From the NCBI GenBank assembly GCA_028534125.1, contig CM052816.1:26476001-26539500 (forward strand): DNA of 63,500 nucleotides, in the 5' to 3' direction. This document shows positions 25,201 to 37,689 of the stretch, piece after piece (the stretch's first letter is position 1; each line of letters starts with the position of its first letter). The notes under the pieces are model-generated. The model was not told the DNA's origin and searched no databases. It saw only the letters and a list, made by a program, of their open reading frames with translations. The stretch comes from Lama glama (lineage: Eukaryota). A program made the translations under genes and the position numbers.

Positions 25201-27136
25201 AATACTGCATTTTAAATCTATAATCCAGGAACCTGTCGAAGAGGCTCATGTTGAATTTACTGTCCTATATATTGATCAGAATTTCATGGGAGTGATCTAT
25301 AATAAAGGATATTCAGTTTACCCATTCAGTCAGTCCATTCTGCTGAAAATCTAAAATCTGTTCCTACATTAAGCTAGATTATCAGAAAGCTCTAGGCCTG
25401 CTTGCACAGTGATCTTGCCCACATATGTTTGTGTCCTGAATTATATTTTGGTGCCACCCCATCAGCTCACATCAGGAAACATGGTCAGAGCCCTACAAAA
25501 AGCGTCACGGCAACTCTTCTTTAAGAATGTTATTGAGGATTCTCCTTGGTATTTTGCAACGTGTCCTCTTTGAGGGGACCCAGAGGAGAAATTTTTCTTA
25601 TTGGCAGGAAGAGCTTTGTTTTTTCTGACTAACTGGTTTGTTTGACTTCTATGGACATTGCAACACATGAAGCCAATTAAGTTTTGCCTTTAATGCTGGC
25701 TACTGAAAACCTTAATGTGTGTGAACATTCTCTTGTGAACATGCAGAGCACATACATGAACTATGGCTCACTAATATTCATTACCCTTATTGTTTTCATT
25801 ACCTCATTAAATCTGTCCTATTTTAAATGTATTTTATCTTAGATTTTTTTTTTGGTGTCCTTAAAACATTTTCTTAACATGAGGAAGATAAATGCCTGGA
25901 TATATATAAAATGCATACAGGTGCCTAAAAACAATGCTTTGCTTCTACACATATTCCCCCTTCCCCTCCTGAGTCTAGAAGAAATCAGCATGGCTTAATG
26001 GCAGGCAGGCATGGTTGACCGTTGCCAACTTTGAGATCACCCCCTCTGTAGCACTGGAGACTTCTTCGAGTAAGAAATTTGAGGCCCTTGATTACTTTCA
26101 GGTCACTCCAGGTACATATATAATGGTAAAATCAAGGACAGATCCCAGAGATCCAACAGCTTCAAGCACAACTATTTTGTGTTCTGGTGACTGAATTTAA
26201 AAGCAGGTTAGATCTGATAACTCCTTAACAATTTGCCGTCAAATTATAAGTAAAATAGCCACCTTTCTGTTTCTTCTTCCAAAATATGACATCCACTTCA
26301 CAAGCCTCCAATCAGCCAGATGCTACCATACCACAGGCCACTTGTCTCCTGCAAGAGTCAGTGTACATACATACACTTTCAACAACTGACTTTACCTCAT
26401 AAATAAAGGATGCTATTTTCTGCTTTACATCAAACACATATGACTTCTCATTGAGCGAAAATAATAGAAGAATTGTTTTGGGTCCTACAAACTTACTCTA
26501 AGAAAATTAAACACTCCTTTTATCATCCAAAGTATCATTCACACAAAGCAATGACTTTTTTTCACTATTTAAACAACATTTTCAAAAGCCTGGTTAACAG
26601 CTGTGTGCAGAATCAGTACATACCTTGGCTTTGAGGTCCTGGCAAAATCTAATCAGAATCAAACTGCATTTTATCAAACCCATATGGAATTTTTAGGGCT
26701 TTCAGTTTCTTTAAATACTTTGGAAATTCAGAACTAGTTCCCTGAGAGACTGGTAGAGGACTGACTACCAACCACAGGCTTCCTGGCATTCAGTGAAATT
26801 CAGGAAGGGCAACACTTGTTTTTTCCAACCTCATCACCCCTAGATCAACAATCTGGCAGTTCTGAAGCAAAAAAATGCCCAGGGCACTGAGTTCATGACA
26901 GGGTTATTCTGGAGTTGGAACATGTACCCTGGGCAGCAATGCATGATTCTGACTCAGAATCAAATACTGGGCCACGGTAGTCTAGTGAGACAGACCTCCT
27001 TCCGTCACTCTGGAATAAGGTCATACCAGTCTCCCTGTCAACAAAGCAAGTTGACAGATCTGTGACAGTTCAATATAAAACAAGACACAATTCAACATGT
27101 GAGTTTCTGACTTCTGTTTCCAAAGAGTCTAGTACC

Positions 27137-27393
27137 CAGTGGTGTGTTGGTAAATCCATAACATCAGGTTCTCTAGAAGATTCTTTTTTAAAGCAAGCTC
27201 TGATTTACATCATTTGCCTATTTCTGTGGTATAACTACTACCATGACTGTGGACTGAGGACACTCCATCAATATATGTATGTATACTGTATGCATTTGTG
27301 TATTGGCTTTTGTATTTTGTATTCTGTATTGTATTTGCATATATTATATGTATATTAACTTTATACACACATTAAGCTTTTCAGTAGCCAGCA
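27137..27393. mobile_element. Arthur1-like hAT-Tip100 DNA transposon fragment
   Basis: Starts cagtggtgtgttggtaaat...ctgatttacatcatttgcctatttctgtggtataactactaccatgactg, as in the Arthur1 terminus. Confidence 0.7.
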
Positions 27394-27765
27394 TTAAAGG
27401 CAAAACTTATTTGGCTTCATGTGTTGCAATGTCCTTGCTGCCCTCCCTCACATCCAGCTCTCTGTAATATGTTCAGTTCTCAGATTCAGAAACATTCCCG
27501 TTCTTTACATATCCCTAGTTAACTCTACAGGTCGCTGTTTTCTTTCCCTGGCATCAGCTTCTCTATAACCCCCCTGAAATAACCTTGAGTTCTTATACCC
27601 AGAAGATTAAATACAACCTGGCCCCACCCAGCGCTTCTTACAAGCTACTAACACAAGGACCTGATAGGAGTGAGAAGATGGTTTGGATTCTCCCTACCAA
27701 TCTTTCATATGGAGTTTCCATCTGCAGAAGCTATCCAAGTTTCTAATGTCCCCTGGGTTATAAAC

Positions 27766-27875
27766 AAGTAACCAAATAACACATCATCCAAATTAGGACA
27801 CTTTTTAAAATGAAATAAGACACTGAAAATAAATAACTGACCTACAACAGGTATAAACTGAGACTATCCTAGGAC
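27766..27875. mobile_element. MER81-like hAT-Blackjack MITE
   Basis: catccaaattaggacacttttt...acaacaggtataaactgagactatcc. Confidence 0.65.
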
Positions 27876-28204
27876 TGGCTCTCTCATTGAAACTTCTGTT
27901 TTTCAACTTCACACTCCCTCAGGGACTCTAATACCACAATCCTTCTGTCTCCACACAATTCCTCTTCTGTTGATTGTTCATGACTAGGTAGAATAGCCTT
28001 GGAGTCCAGGCATACTTTCTGCCTCTGCCTTTTCTATGTCTTTTTCCTCCCCCAGAGTGTCAATTCCATCCTGGAAACATGTTGCAAAAGCACAGAAAAA
28101 TTGGTAACTGGAGTCTGGGTTTCAGTGTAGAAAAGCCAGGAACTGTGGTCCTTTCTAGAAGAGGCAGTGGAAGAACATAGTTCACAATGACTGAGACGAC
28201 AAAG

Positions 28205-28360
28205 ACTACAGGAGAAGCATTTTTGTTAACAAAGATCTGGGTCTAGTTTAGGAAATGTTAGGAGATGACTGACACAGAGGGTTAAGTCTAGGCTGTGAGA
28301 TGTAAGTTTGGGTCACCAATGTATAGAAGATTTTTAAAGTCAAAAATATGGGACAATATC
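28205..28360 (-). mobile_element. L2 fragment, left part of the element continuing at 33360
   Basis: aagtctaggctgtgagatgtaagtttgggtcaccaatgtatagaagatttttaaagtca; collinear with the L2 after the L1 insertions. Confidence 0.65.
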
Positions 28361-28700
28361 ACAAGGCTTGTTCAACATTAAAAAATCAATTAATATAATT
28401 CATCACCATCACATACTAAAGAAAAATCATGATCATGTAAATAGATGCAGAAAAACCATTTGACAAAATCCAACATTTATGATAAAAATTCAGTAAACAA
28501 GGAATACAGGAGAACTTCTTCAACTTGATAAAGAATATCTACAAAACAAAAAATTCCCACAGTTAAGATCATACTTAATGGTGACAAACTATATACTTTT
28601 CCCATAAATTGGGAACAAATCAAGGATGCCCCATCTCACCACTCCTGTTTATCATACTGAAAGTCACAGCTAATGCACTAAGACAAGAAAAATGAATATA
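28361..28700 (+). mobile_element. Old LINE-1 internal ORF2 (RT) fragment
   Basis: atagatgcagaaaaaccatttgacaaaatccaaca...caaggatgccccatctcaccactcct; degenerate, no 3'UTR. Confidence 0.9.
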
Positions 28701-28717
28701 AAATTGCTCTAAAAAAT

Positions 28718-31700
28718 AACAAATAATTTCACAGACAAGAAAAAGCTACAAGAGTTTAGCAACACTAAACCCATGCTAAAAGATATTGAAAGGTCTACTC
28801 TAAATAGAAAAGCAGCAGGATGCTACAAAAATGAGAAACTCACAACTGGAAAGGTGACAACTCATGAATTACAAATAAAATAAACACGAAATTATAAAAG
28901 AAGACATACAAATAATTGAGAGTGGGAGAGGAAGGCAGGAAAATACAGAATATATTTTTTTCTTTCCTTTTTAAATTTTTTGTTCTCCGAAGGATGGGTT
29001 TGAGATCATGTTACTATCAGTTTAATCAAAACAGTTATAGTAATGGGCTAACAGACTTACGAAAAAGGGTAACCACAAGCCAAAAACTTACAACAGAGTC
29101 ACAAAAACTAAATAAAATCCATGATAACACAAAGGAAAATTACCAAACCACAAAAGGAAGACGAAAGTAACAAAGAGGAAATACCAAATCAACTGCAAAG
29201 ATAAGTTCAAAATGGCAATAAACACACATCTATCATTAATTACTGTAAATGTTAATGGACTAAATGCTCCAGTCAAAAGACACACAGTGGCAGACTGGAC
29301 AATAAATCAAGAACCTTCAATATGCTGCATACAAGAGACCCACTTTAGGGAGAAGGACACATACAGATTGAGAGTGAAAGGATGGAAAAGGATATTCCAT
29401 GCAAATGGAAAAGCCAAAAAAGCAGGTGTTGCAGTACTGATTTCAGACAAAATAGACTTTAAAACAAAGGCCATAAAGAAAGATAAAGAAGGACATTTTT
29501 TAATGATTAAAGGAGTGATACAAGATGAGGATATTACACTCGTTAATATCTATGCACCCAATGTAGGAGCACCTAAGTACATAAAACAATTACTAACAGA
29601 GATAAAGGGGGATATTGATAGGAATACAATTATTGTCGGAGATTTTAACACCGCATTAACATCACTAGACAGATCTTCCAGACAGAAAATAAATAAGGCA
29701 ACAGAGAAATTAAATAATACAATAGAAAAATTAGATTTGGTGGATATGTTCACAACATTACACTCCCCAAAAATAGGACATACATTCCTTTCAAGTGCAC
29801 ATGGAACATTTTCCAGGATTGATCATGTACTTGGGCACAAAAGAAACCTCAACAATTTTAAGAAGACAGACATTATCTCAAGCATCTTTACTGACCACAA
29901 TGCCGTGAAACTAGAAATCAACAACAGAGAAACAAAGGAGAGAAAAAGGAAAGCATAGAGATTAAACAGTATGTTATTGAAAAAACAATGGGTCAACGAG
30001 GAAATCAAAGCTGAAATTAAAAAATACCTTGAGACAAATGAAAATGAAAGCACAATCACACAAAATTTATGGGAAACAGCAAAGGCAATGCTAAGAGTGA
30101 AGTTTATAGTAATACAGGCCTTCATCAAAAAAGAAGAACAATCTCAAATAAACAATTTAACCCACCAACTGAATGAACTAGGAGAAGAACAAAAACCCCC
30201 AAAAGGCAGAAGGAAGGAAATTATAAAGATTAGGGAGGAAATAAATGAAATAGAAATTAAAAAGACCATAGAAAAAATCAATCAAACCAAAAGTTGGTTT
30301 TTTGAAAAAGTACGTAAAATCGACAAACCTGTGGCCAAACTCACAAAGAAGAAAAAAGAGAGAGCACAAATTAGCAAAATAAGAAAGGATAATGGAGAAA
30401 TTACAACAAATAAAATAGAAATACAGAATATCATATGAGAATATTATGAAAAACTACATGGAACCAAACTGGATAACCTAGAGGAGATGGACAAGTTTCT
30501 GGAAACATACTGTCCACCAAGAATGAATCAAGAAGAAACTGACCACTTGAACAAACTGATCACTAGAAAGGAAATAGAAATAGCAATAAAAAAAACCTCC
30601 CTACAAATAAAAGTCTACAACCAGACGGCTTCACCGGGGAATTCTACCAGACATACAAAGAAGAACTCATACCAGTCCTTCTCAAACTCTTCCAGAAGAT
30701 TGAAAAGGAGGGAATACTCTCAAACTCATTCTATGAAGCCACCGTCATCCTGATACCAAAACCAGGCAAAGACACTACCAAAAAAGAGAATTACAGGCCA
30801 ATATCACTGATGAACATAGACCAAATCCTCACCAAAATACTAGCAAATAGAATCCAACAACACATAAAAAAGATTATACATGATGACCAAGTGGGGTTCA
30901 TCCCAGGGACACAAGGGTGGTTCAACATATGCAAATCAATCAATGTAATACATCACATCAACAAGAGAAAGGACAAAAACCACATGATCACCTCAATAGA
31001 TGCAGAAAAAGCATTTGATAAAATTCAACACCCATTTATAATAAAAACTCTCACCAAAGTGGGTATACAGGGAACATATCTCAACATAATAAAAGCTATG
31101 TATGACAAACCTACAGCCAGCCTAGTAGTCAAAGCCTAGTAGAAAAACTCAAAAGCTTCCCACTAAAATCTGGGACAAGACAAGGATGCCCACTCTCATC
31201 ACTCCTATTCAGCATAGTCCTGGAAGTCCTAGCCACAGCAATCAGGCAAGAGAGAAAAATAAAAGGGATCCAAATTGGAAAAGAAGAGGTAGAAGTGTCA
31301 CTATATGTCGACAACATGTTAGTATATATAGAAAACCCTAAAAGGTCCACACAAAAACTACTAGAGCTGATCGAAGAATTCAGCAAGGTAGCAGGTTACA
31401 AGATTAACGTTCAAAAATCAGTTGCATTTCTTTATACTAACAATGAATCAACAGAAAAAGAAAGAAACAATCCCCTTCAAAATAGCACCCAAATTAATAA
31501 AATACCTAGGAATAAATCTAACCAAAGAGATGAAAGAATTATACACAGAGAACTATAAACCACTGATGAAGGAAATTAAAGAAGACTTTAAAAAATGGAA
31601 AGATACCCCATGCTCTTGGACTGGAAAAATCAATATCGTTAAAATGGTCACACTGCCCAAGACAATCTACAGATTGAATGCAATCCCTATCAAATTACCC

Positions 31701-33323
31701 AGGACATATTTCACAAAACTAGAACAGATCATAATACAATTTATATGGAACCATCAAAGATCTACAATTGCCAAAGCATTACTGAAGAGAAAGAAAGAGG
31801 CTGGAGGAATAACTCTCCCAGACTTCAGACAATACTATCGAGCTACAGTTATCAAGACAATATGGTATTGGTACAGAAACAGACATATAGACCAATGGAA
31901 CAGAACAGAGAGCCCAGAACTGAACCCACAAACTGTTGGTCAACTCATCTTCGACAAAGGAGGCAAGAAAATACAATGGAATCAGTCTCTTCAGCAAATG
32001 GTGTTGGGAAAACTGGACAGCAGCATGTGAAACGATGAAGCTAGAACACTTCCTTACACCATATACAAAAATCAACTCAAAATGGATCAAAGACTTAAAC
32101 ATAAGACAAGATACAATAAACCTCCTAGAGGAAAATATAGGCAAAACATTATCTGACATACATCTCAAAGATTTTCTCTTAGAAGAAATAAAAGTAAGAA
32201 TAAACAAATGGGACCTAATGAAACTTACAAGCTTCTGCACAGCAAAGGAAACCATAAAGAAAACAGAAAGACAACCTACAGAATGGGAAAAAATTTTTGC
32301 AAATGAAACTGACAAAGACTTGATCTCCAGAATATATAAGCAGCTCATATGACTGAATAAGAAAAAAATAAAGAACCCAATCCAAAAATGGGCAGAAGAC
32401 CTAAACAAGCAATTCTTCAAGGAAGACATACAAATGATCAATAGGCACATGAAAAAGTGCTCAATATCACTAATTATCAGAGAAATGCAAATCAAAACTA
32501 CAATGAGGTATCACCTCACACCAGTCAGAATGGCCGTCATTCAAAAATCCACAAATGACAAATGCTGGAGAGGCTGTGGAGAAAAGGGAACCCTCCTGCA
32601 CTGCTGGTGGGAATGCAGTTCAGTGCAGCCACTGTGGAAAACAGTATGAAGATTCCTCAAAAGACTAGGAATGGACTTAACCGTATGACCCAGGAATCCC
32701 ACTCCTGGGCTTGTATCCAGAAGGAACCCTACTTCAGGATGGCACCTGCACCCCAATGTTCATAGCAGCACTATTTACAATAGCCAAGACATGGAAACAG
32801 CCTAAATGTCCATCAACAGGTGCCTGGATAAAGATGATGTGGTATATTTACACAGTGGAATACTATTCAGTCATAAAAACCAACAACATACCACCATCTG
32901 CAGCAACATGGATGCTCCTGGAGAATGTCATTCTAAGTGAAGTAAGCCAGAAAGAGAAAGAAAAATACCATATGAGATCGCTCATGTGTGGAATCTAAAA
33001 AACAAAACAAAACAAAAAAAACAAAGCATAAATACAAAACAGAAATAGACTCAGACCTAGTATACAAACCTGTGGTTGCCAAGGGGGCAGGGGGTGGGAA
33101 GAGATAGACTGGAATTTCAAAATTGTAGAATGGATACAAGATTATACTGTTATAGCACAGGGAAATATATTCAAGATCTTATGGTAGCTCACAGAGAAAA
33201 ATGTGACAGTGAATATATATATGTTCATGTATAACTGAAAAATTGTGCTCTACACTGGAATTTGTCACAACATTGTAAAATGATTATAAATCAATAAAAA
33301 ATGTTTTAAAATAAATAAATAAA
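28718..33323 (+). mobile_element. Young LINE-1, 5'-truncated in ORF1 (4.6 kb): ORF1 tail, ~410-bp spacer, ORF2, 3'UTR, A-rich tail
   Basis: Perfect 20-bp direct repeat ataaaattgctctaaaaaat at 28698-28717 and 33324-33343. ORF1 stop ~28803, ORF2 ATG 29212, AATAAA ~33293, (TAAA)n tail. Confidence 0.98.
29212..32998 (+). pseudogene. L1 ORF2p (APE endonuclease, RT, C-terminal CCHC region) disrupted by stops and frameshifts
   Basis: [78 protein letters not shown]; ends YHMRSLMCGI*. Split over about 9 ORFs. Confidence 0.97.
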
Positions 33324-33359
33324 ATAAAATTGCTCTAAAAAATGAAGTCTAGCAATTGT

Positions 33360-34654
33360 AAAACTGAGACAAAAGTACCAAAGGAGTAACCATTGATAGA
33401 GAAGAATATAGGTTCAAATGATTCCCTGGGAAGAAACGTTGAAGCTTGGAGAGATGAGAAGGAGCTAGCCAAGAAGATGACTGTAGGAGAGGCCAGTGAA
33501 CTGGGAAGGAATGAGGAAAATGTCATGTCCTAGGAGCCAAGTAAAGAAAGTGTTTCAAGGAGGAGAGAGTGATCAGCCAGGTGAGACACTGTACATGGGC
33601 CAAGTAGGATGAAGACTGAAACTTTCCAGTACATTTAGCAATGTGGAAGTCATCACTGACCTTAGTCAGTGGAGTTTGGGGGAGTGTTAGGGAGCAGAGC
33701 CTATCCTTGGTTTTGAAAGAAATGGGAGGAAGGAAACTGGAAATAAAAAGTACAGACATAGCTTTTTAGGAATTTTGCTGTAAAGGGGAACAAAGAAATG
33801 GCCAAAGGCTCAAGGGCACATAGGGTTGAGTGAAAGTTTTTCAGATGGGAAAATTTACAAAATAGTATGTGCTGATATAGGTCATCTAGTACACAGGGGA
33901 AAAAATGGTGATGCAAGAGATAGAGTGGGAGAATCCTGAGATGATGAAGGATGAGGAATGGGATCCAGTCTACAAAAGGAAGAATGGGGGAGGATGGACA
34001 GTTCATCACTAACAACAGCATGGAAGAGGAGTACATGGGCACACATGCTGGCAGGTGATATGACATAGTGGTAGGGGGCGCATAGAAATTCTCTGCTTCT
34101 AGTTCCTCAGATAAATAGAAAACAGTTGACAGCTGAAAGTGATAACAGGGGTGGGGGTTGGAGTTTAGAGGAACAAAGGTATAAAACAGCCATCCATGAA
34201 GTGGGAGAATGAAATGTAGCAGAATTGCCAAGTAGCACTCAGAACCAACTTGAGATAGATGGCATGAATTCAAAGTGACAGTAGAAAGCACAGTGGTAGT
34301 TGTTTTTTCCCTAGACACATCCAGCTGAACGGGTGCAGGCCTGGATTAGTCAGATTTGGATTTAACCAGGGATGGGGCTTTGTTAGGTGATTATGCAAAG
34401 TGAGACCGTGAAGGGAGTTGAGCGTGTATGCAAAGGATAAGGGTGGACCACAGAACCTTAACTGAGTGAGGATGCAAATAAGGACATAAGAGGACAAATG
34501 TGAGATGGTGAATAGGTGGTAGGAACAGTGGGTAATAGGTTCTGGAGAGGCCAGAAAATTTTTTTTGCAGTCATGGTACCAGAAGGAGTGAAGTTGAAAG
34601 CTTGTAGGTTGTAGTAGAGAAGGGAGAGACTTCAAATTGTGAATATGGAAAAGT
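33360..34654 (-). mobile_element. LINE-2 ORF2 (RT) region, degenerate
   Basis: Minus ORF has QTPLTKVSDDFHIAKCTGKF, resembling L2 ETALxKVTNDLHIAKSNGQF; purine-rich plus strand typical of antisense L2. Confidence 0.88.
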
Positions 34655-34664
34655 GGTAGATACT

Positions 34665-35111
34665 CCAAGATCTGCAGATTGCAATATGAGTGCACAGTGG
34701 AGCTCGTGTAAAAGGCACGTCCTGGTAAACGGTCTCCTCAGGGCTGTGTGACACCTGTGTCCCCACCCTGGAGATGCCACCTCAAGATCCTGAGTCTCAG
34801 TGGAATCTCCTCTATGAGTTAAGGCAATGCTTACACACAGATGATGGCGGATACACCTGAGACCTGTCAGAAAACCTGCTGAGCCTTTTCCTTCCATCCC
34901 CTCAGCATATGGACATTCGTGCAATTCCAGAAGAGCATCTTTATACGGGGACCAGTGAGCACCATATGCTGTCCTCCTCTGGGTCATTTCAGAAACATTT
35001 TGTACAATTATTTTGACTGATGTGTCCATTATTTAGATTTTTTCCGAAATTTTTTGTACCTTTTGTTCAAAGTGCAGATGTATTAATAAAATGTAAAGGA
35101 TTAAAAAAAAA
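34665..35111 (+). pseudogene. 5'-truncated processed retrocopy of an unidentified transcript 3' end
   Basis: Non-repeat-like sequence interrupting L2. U-rich 3'UTR-like end, AATAAA at 35085-35090, A9 at 35103-35111, flanking direct repeat ggtagatact (34655-34664, 35127-35136). Confidence 0.75.
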
Positions 35112-35136
35112 TCTACCTACCTTGTAGGTAGATACT

Positions 35137-35270
35137 AGTGATAACAAGTTATCCCCCATTGGAATGAATTAGGGTCACGATCAAGATAACTGGAAGAAAG
35201 GAGGTTAAAGAACTGAAAAACCAGGGTATTGGGAAAAGTCATCTACATGTATATAAAAACTGCCAAGACC
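35137..35270 (-). mobile_element. L2 continuation after the retrocopy
   Basis: ggaggttaaagaactgaaaaaccagggtattgggaaaagtcatctacatgtatat matches the next L2 segment. Confidence 0.7.
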
Positions 35271-37689
35271 TCCTACAAAAGACTCATACCGTGAGGTTAG
35301 ACAGACTTGCTGTGTGAAGGCTAATAATGTAGACAAAATCTACTCCTTGCAGAAGCCATTTCAGAGACACAAGTTTCAGAATTCCTGTGGCTTGACTGCT
35401 ACTGAAAAGCAGATATACTTTGCCTCATCTGCTGTGCATTTTAGAAGCAAACAAAAATGATGACACATTTCACAGGGGAACAGGACCAGGATCAAGGTTA
35501 TGCAATTCAACAAATATGAACTGTCAGATGCTAGAGGATTGGCTTAGCAGTAGAGACCTCAGGGTCAAAATACTCAAGTTGCCCTGGAACCAGAGATTCC
35601 AATCTCAAAAGCTTCAACTCAGTCCCCTTCACCCTATGAAGGCAGATAAATTGGGTAGCACAAAATTGATTAGCTAGGGTCTTTTAGATTACATCTTAAG
35701 ACCAAAAGCTCCATATGGTTTCTTAGGATATCAGGTCATTTGTGGCTTTTTTAGGAACAAGAAATGACATTACAAAACTTGGTCAAAGAAATAAAGACAC
35801 AGATTTTCCTCTAGAATATATTCACATATAAGTCACCCTCTAAAAGGAAACAGAGAGACCAGTAATATGGTATCAAAGCAAAGTTAAGTTCAATACATGG
35901 AAAAATAGAGAACTAAATCAAGTCCCTAAGCAAATTTTGAACTTACCAGAAATATACTAGGTATTTGGAAAAATATAAGTACAGATGTTTACTATATGGA
36001 AGCATCAGGAAAATAATGCAGATTGCAGACAAGAAACTGTACTCAAGAATGGCTTATCCTGTACATGGGTGGGTTCATATTTTGAAGTGCACTATTAGAC
36101 ATGAACTCACACTGTGTGTGTGCAGGCTCTTTAATGAATTTATTTCATAAATGTAGAACCAAGTTTCTAAGTACGAAGTACCTTCAGATCCATAAAATAC
36201 TTGACCAGCTCCTAAATTTAATGTCAAGTCTAGTTGTCTTCTTCCAAAATTCCTGGTCTAGGAAAGTTTATGAAGTACTCACGCAAATTCTCCAATAGAA
36301 ACATATTTCCCCCAACAGAAGAAGATTAAATGGTGGCCCTAGTTCAGTTGAAATCACTGGTCAGTTAAAGATGCTCGGCCTTCCTTCAATTTGCTGATAT
36401 CTATTTGGCAATGATGACTGAATTCACAGCCTATCGATTAAATGTCAACTACGGAGAGAATTCAGATCTGTCAAAAGTGGTGGTTATCATCATATTATAT
36501 ACCTTTCATGAGACCAATAAATGTAGTTTCTTTTTTAAAAAGAAGCATTTGGAGATGATTAAAAATGAAAACATATAACCAGACCAAGAATGATGAAGCT
36601 ATTTCTAACCTTCCAGGCATATACAGCTGTTCAAGATATTAATCATGACCACTGCTCTTGTGCTTTCTCTTATTCTCTCAAATGGGCTCTAAATTAGTGC
36701 TAAGGAAACTTGGCAGGAACTAAGAGACTCTGGGCTTTAAGATAAAATAATATTTGATTCTATCCAGTAGAAGTACTGCTGTGCTTCCTAGTCAACCATC
36801 CTTCAGTTTTATTCTTCATTTTTCAAATGCTAACTCACTACTCCCAGTTTAACACATACTGCATTGAAGTTCCCCTTAAAATGGTCCTATCTCATCTTAT
36901 GATTACGGAGTCCCGAACTAGGGAAAGATAAGGGACTTAACCAACGTGTTGATTCAGCACGACAGTCATTGGAGTGTCCTCAGAAGCAACATTTCCAAGT
37001 AAGGTAGAGGAGGAATTTTACGCCCCTGAGTCACATTTTTAGAACCTAGATGGAACTGTCACTTCTATTCTTCTAGTGCACAACTGTGTATGGTGGCAGA
37101 GACAGACGTGAGGAGAATAAAATATTCTGTATTCACTGATTATATTTAATTTGAAGTTAAAATTATTACTAAAGGCCAACTAAGGCAATATTAATCCAAA
37201 TTTCATGAATGAGAAACTGAAAATTATAGCAATGCCAGAACTAAGCCTATGCTTAAACACATTTCAGGCCGCCTTACCCTTGCCTGTTCTTTCAACCAAA
37301 CAGTCATAATAAGTTATTCTTTAGCTGTAACTCAGGGAACCTAGAGAGAAAGCAAAGGTGAATTATTTCAAGTGGCCTTTTAAAAAATTCAGTAACAAAA
37401 CACTCAGATCAATGCCAATTCTATTTCCTAGAATATTCCTCCAGCTGCAGGCTGAGTTAGTAGCATTCATCAAGACTTCTTGCTCCTGAGATGATACCTG
37501 ATCTATCTTACAGCAAATATGATTAAATATCACTGACATTACCCATCAGTATCTCCAGAGTTTCATTAATTAACCAAACTTTGGCGTTCATAAGATCAAC
37601 TATTATCACAGTGTAGTTATTAACCAAATTTGAATCACTCTGAGAAATGTAAAACTTGTTTAATAAAAAACCATAAGCTACACTTGATA

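Noticed and set aside
26624..26638. Another 15-nt minus microexon-like segment (ttttgccag|GACCTCAAAGCCAAG|gtatgt)
   Set aside because: Very short pyrimidine tract and a competing AG about 10 nt upstream; within chance expectation.
1..31520. Inverted pair of similar L1 segments (1-700 versus 30825-31520) as an inversion or segmental duplication
   Set aside because: They differ at several percent of positions and each has its own insertion hallmarks, so they are independent copies of one subfamily.
31779..32495. 238-aa hydrophobic minus ORF and similar ones (148..501, 29823..30128, 59819..60103)
   Set aside because: Antisense readings of A-rich L1 ORF2, a known source of false membrane-protein predictions.
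33701..35029. Minus ORFs of 205, 141 and 152 aa
   Set aside because: They lie in decayed L2 or span the L2/retrocopy junction; no coherent domain.
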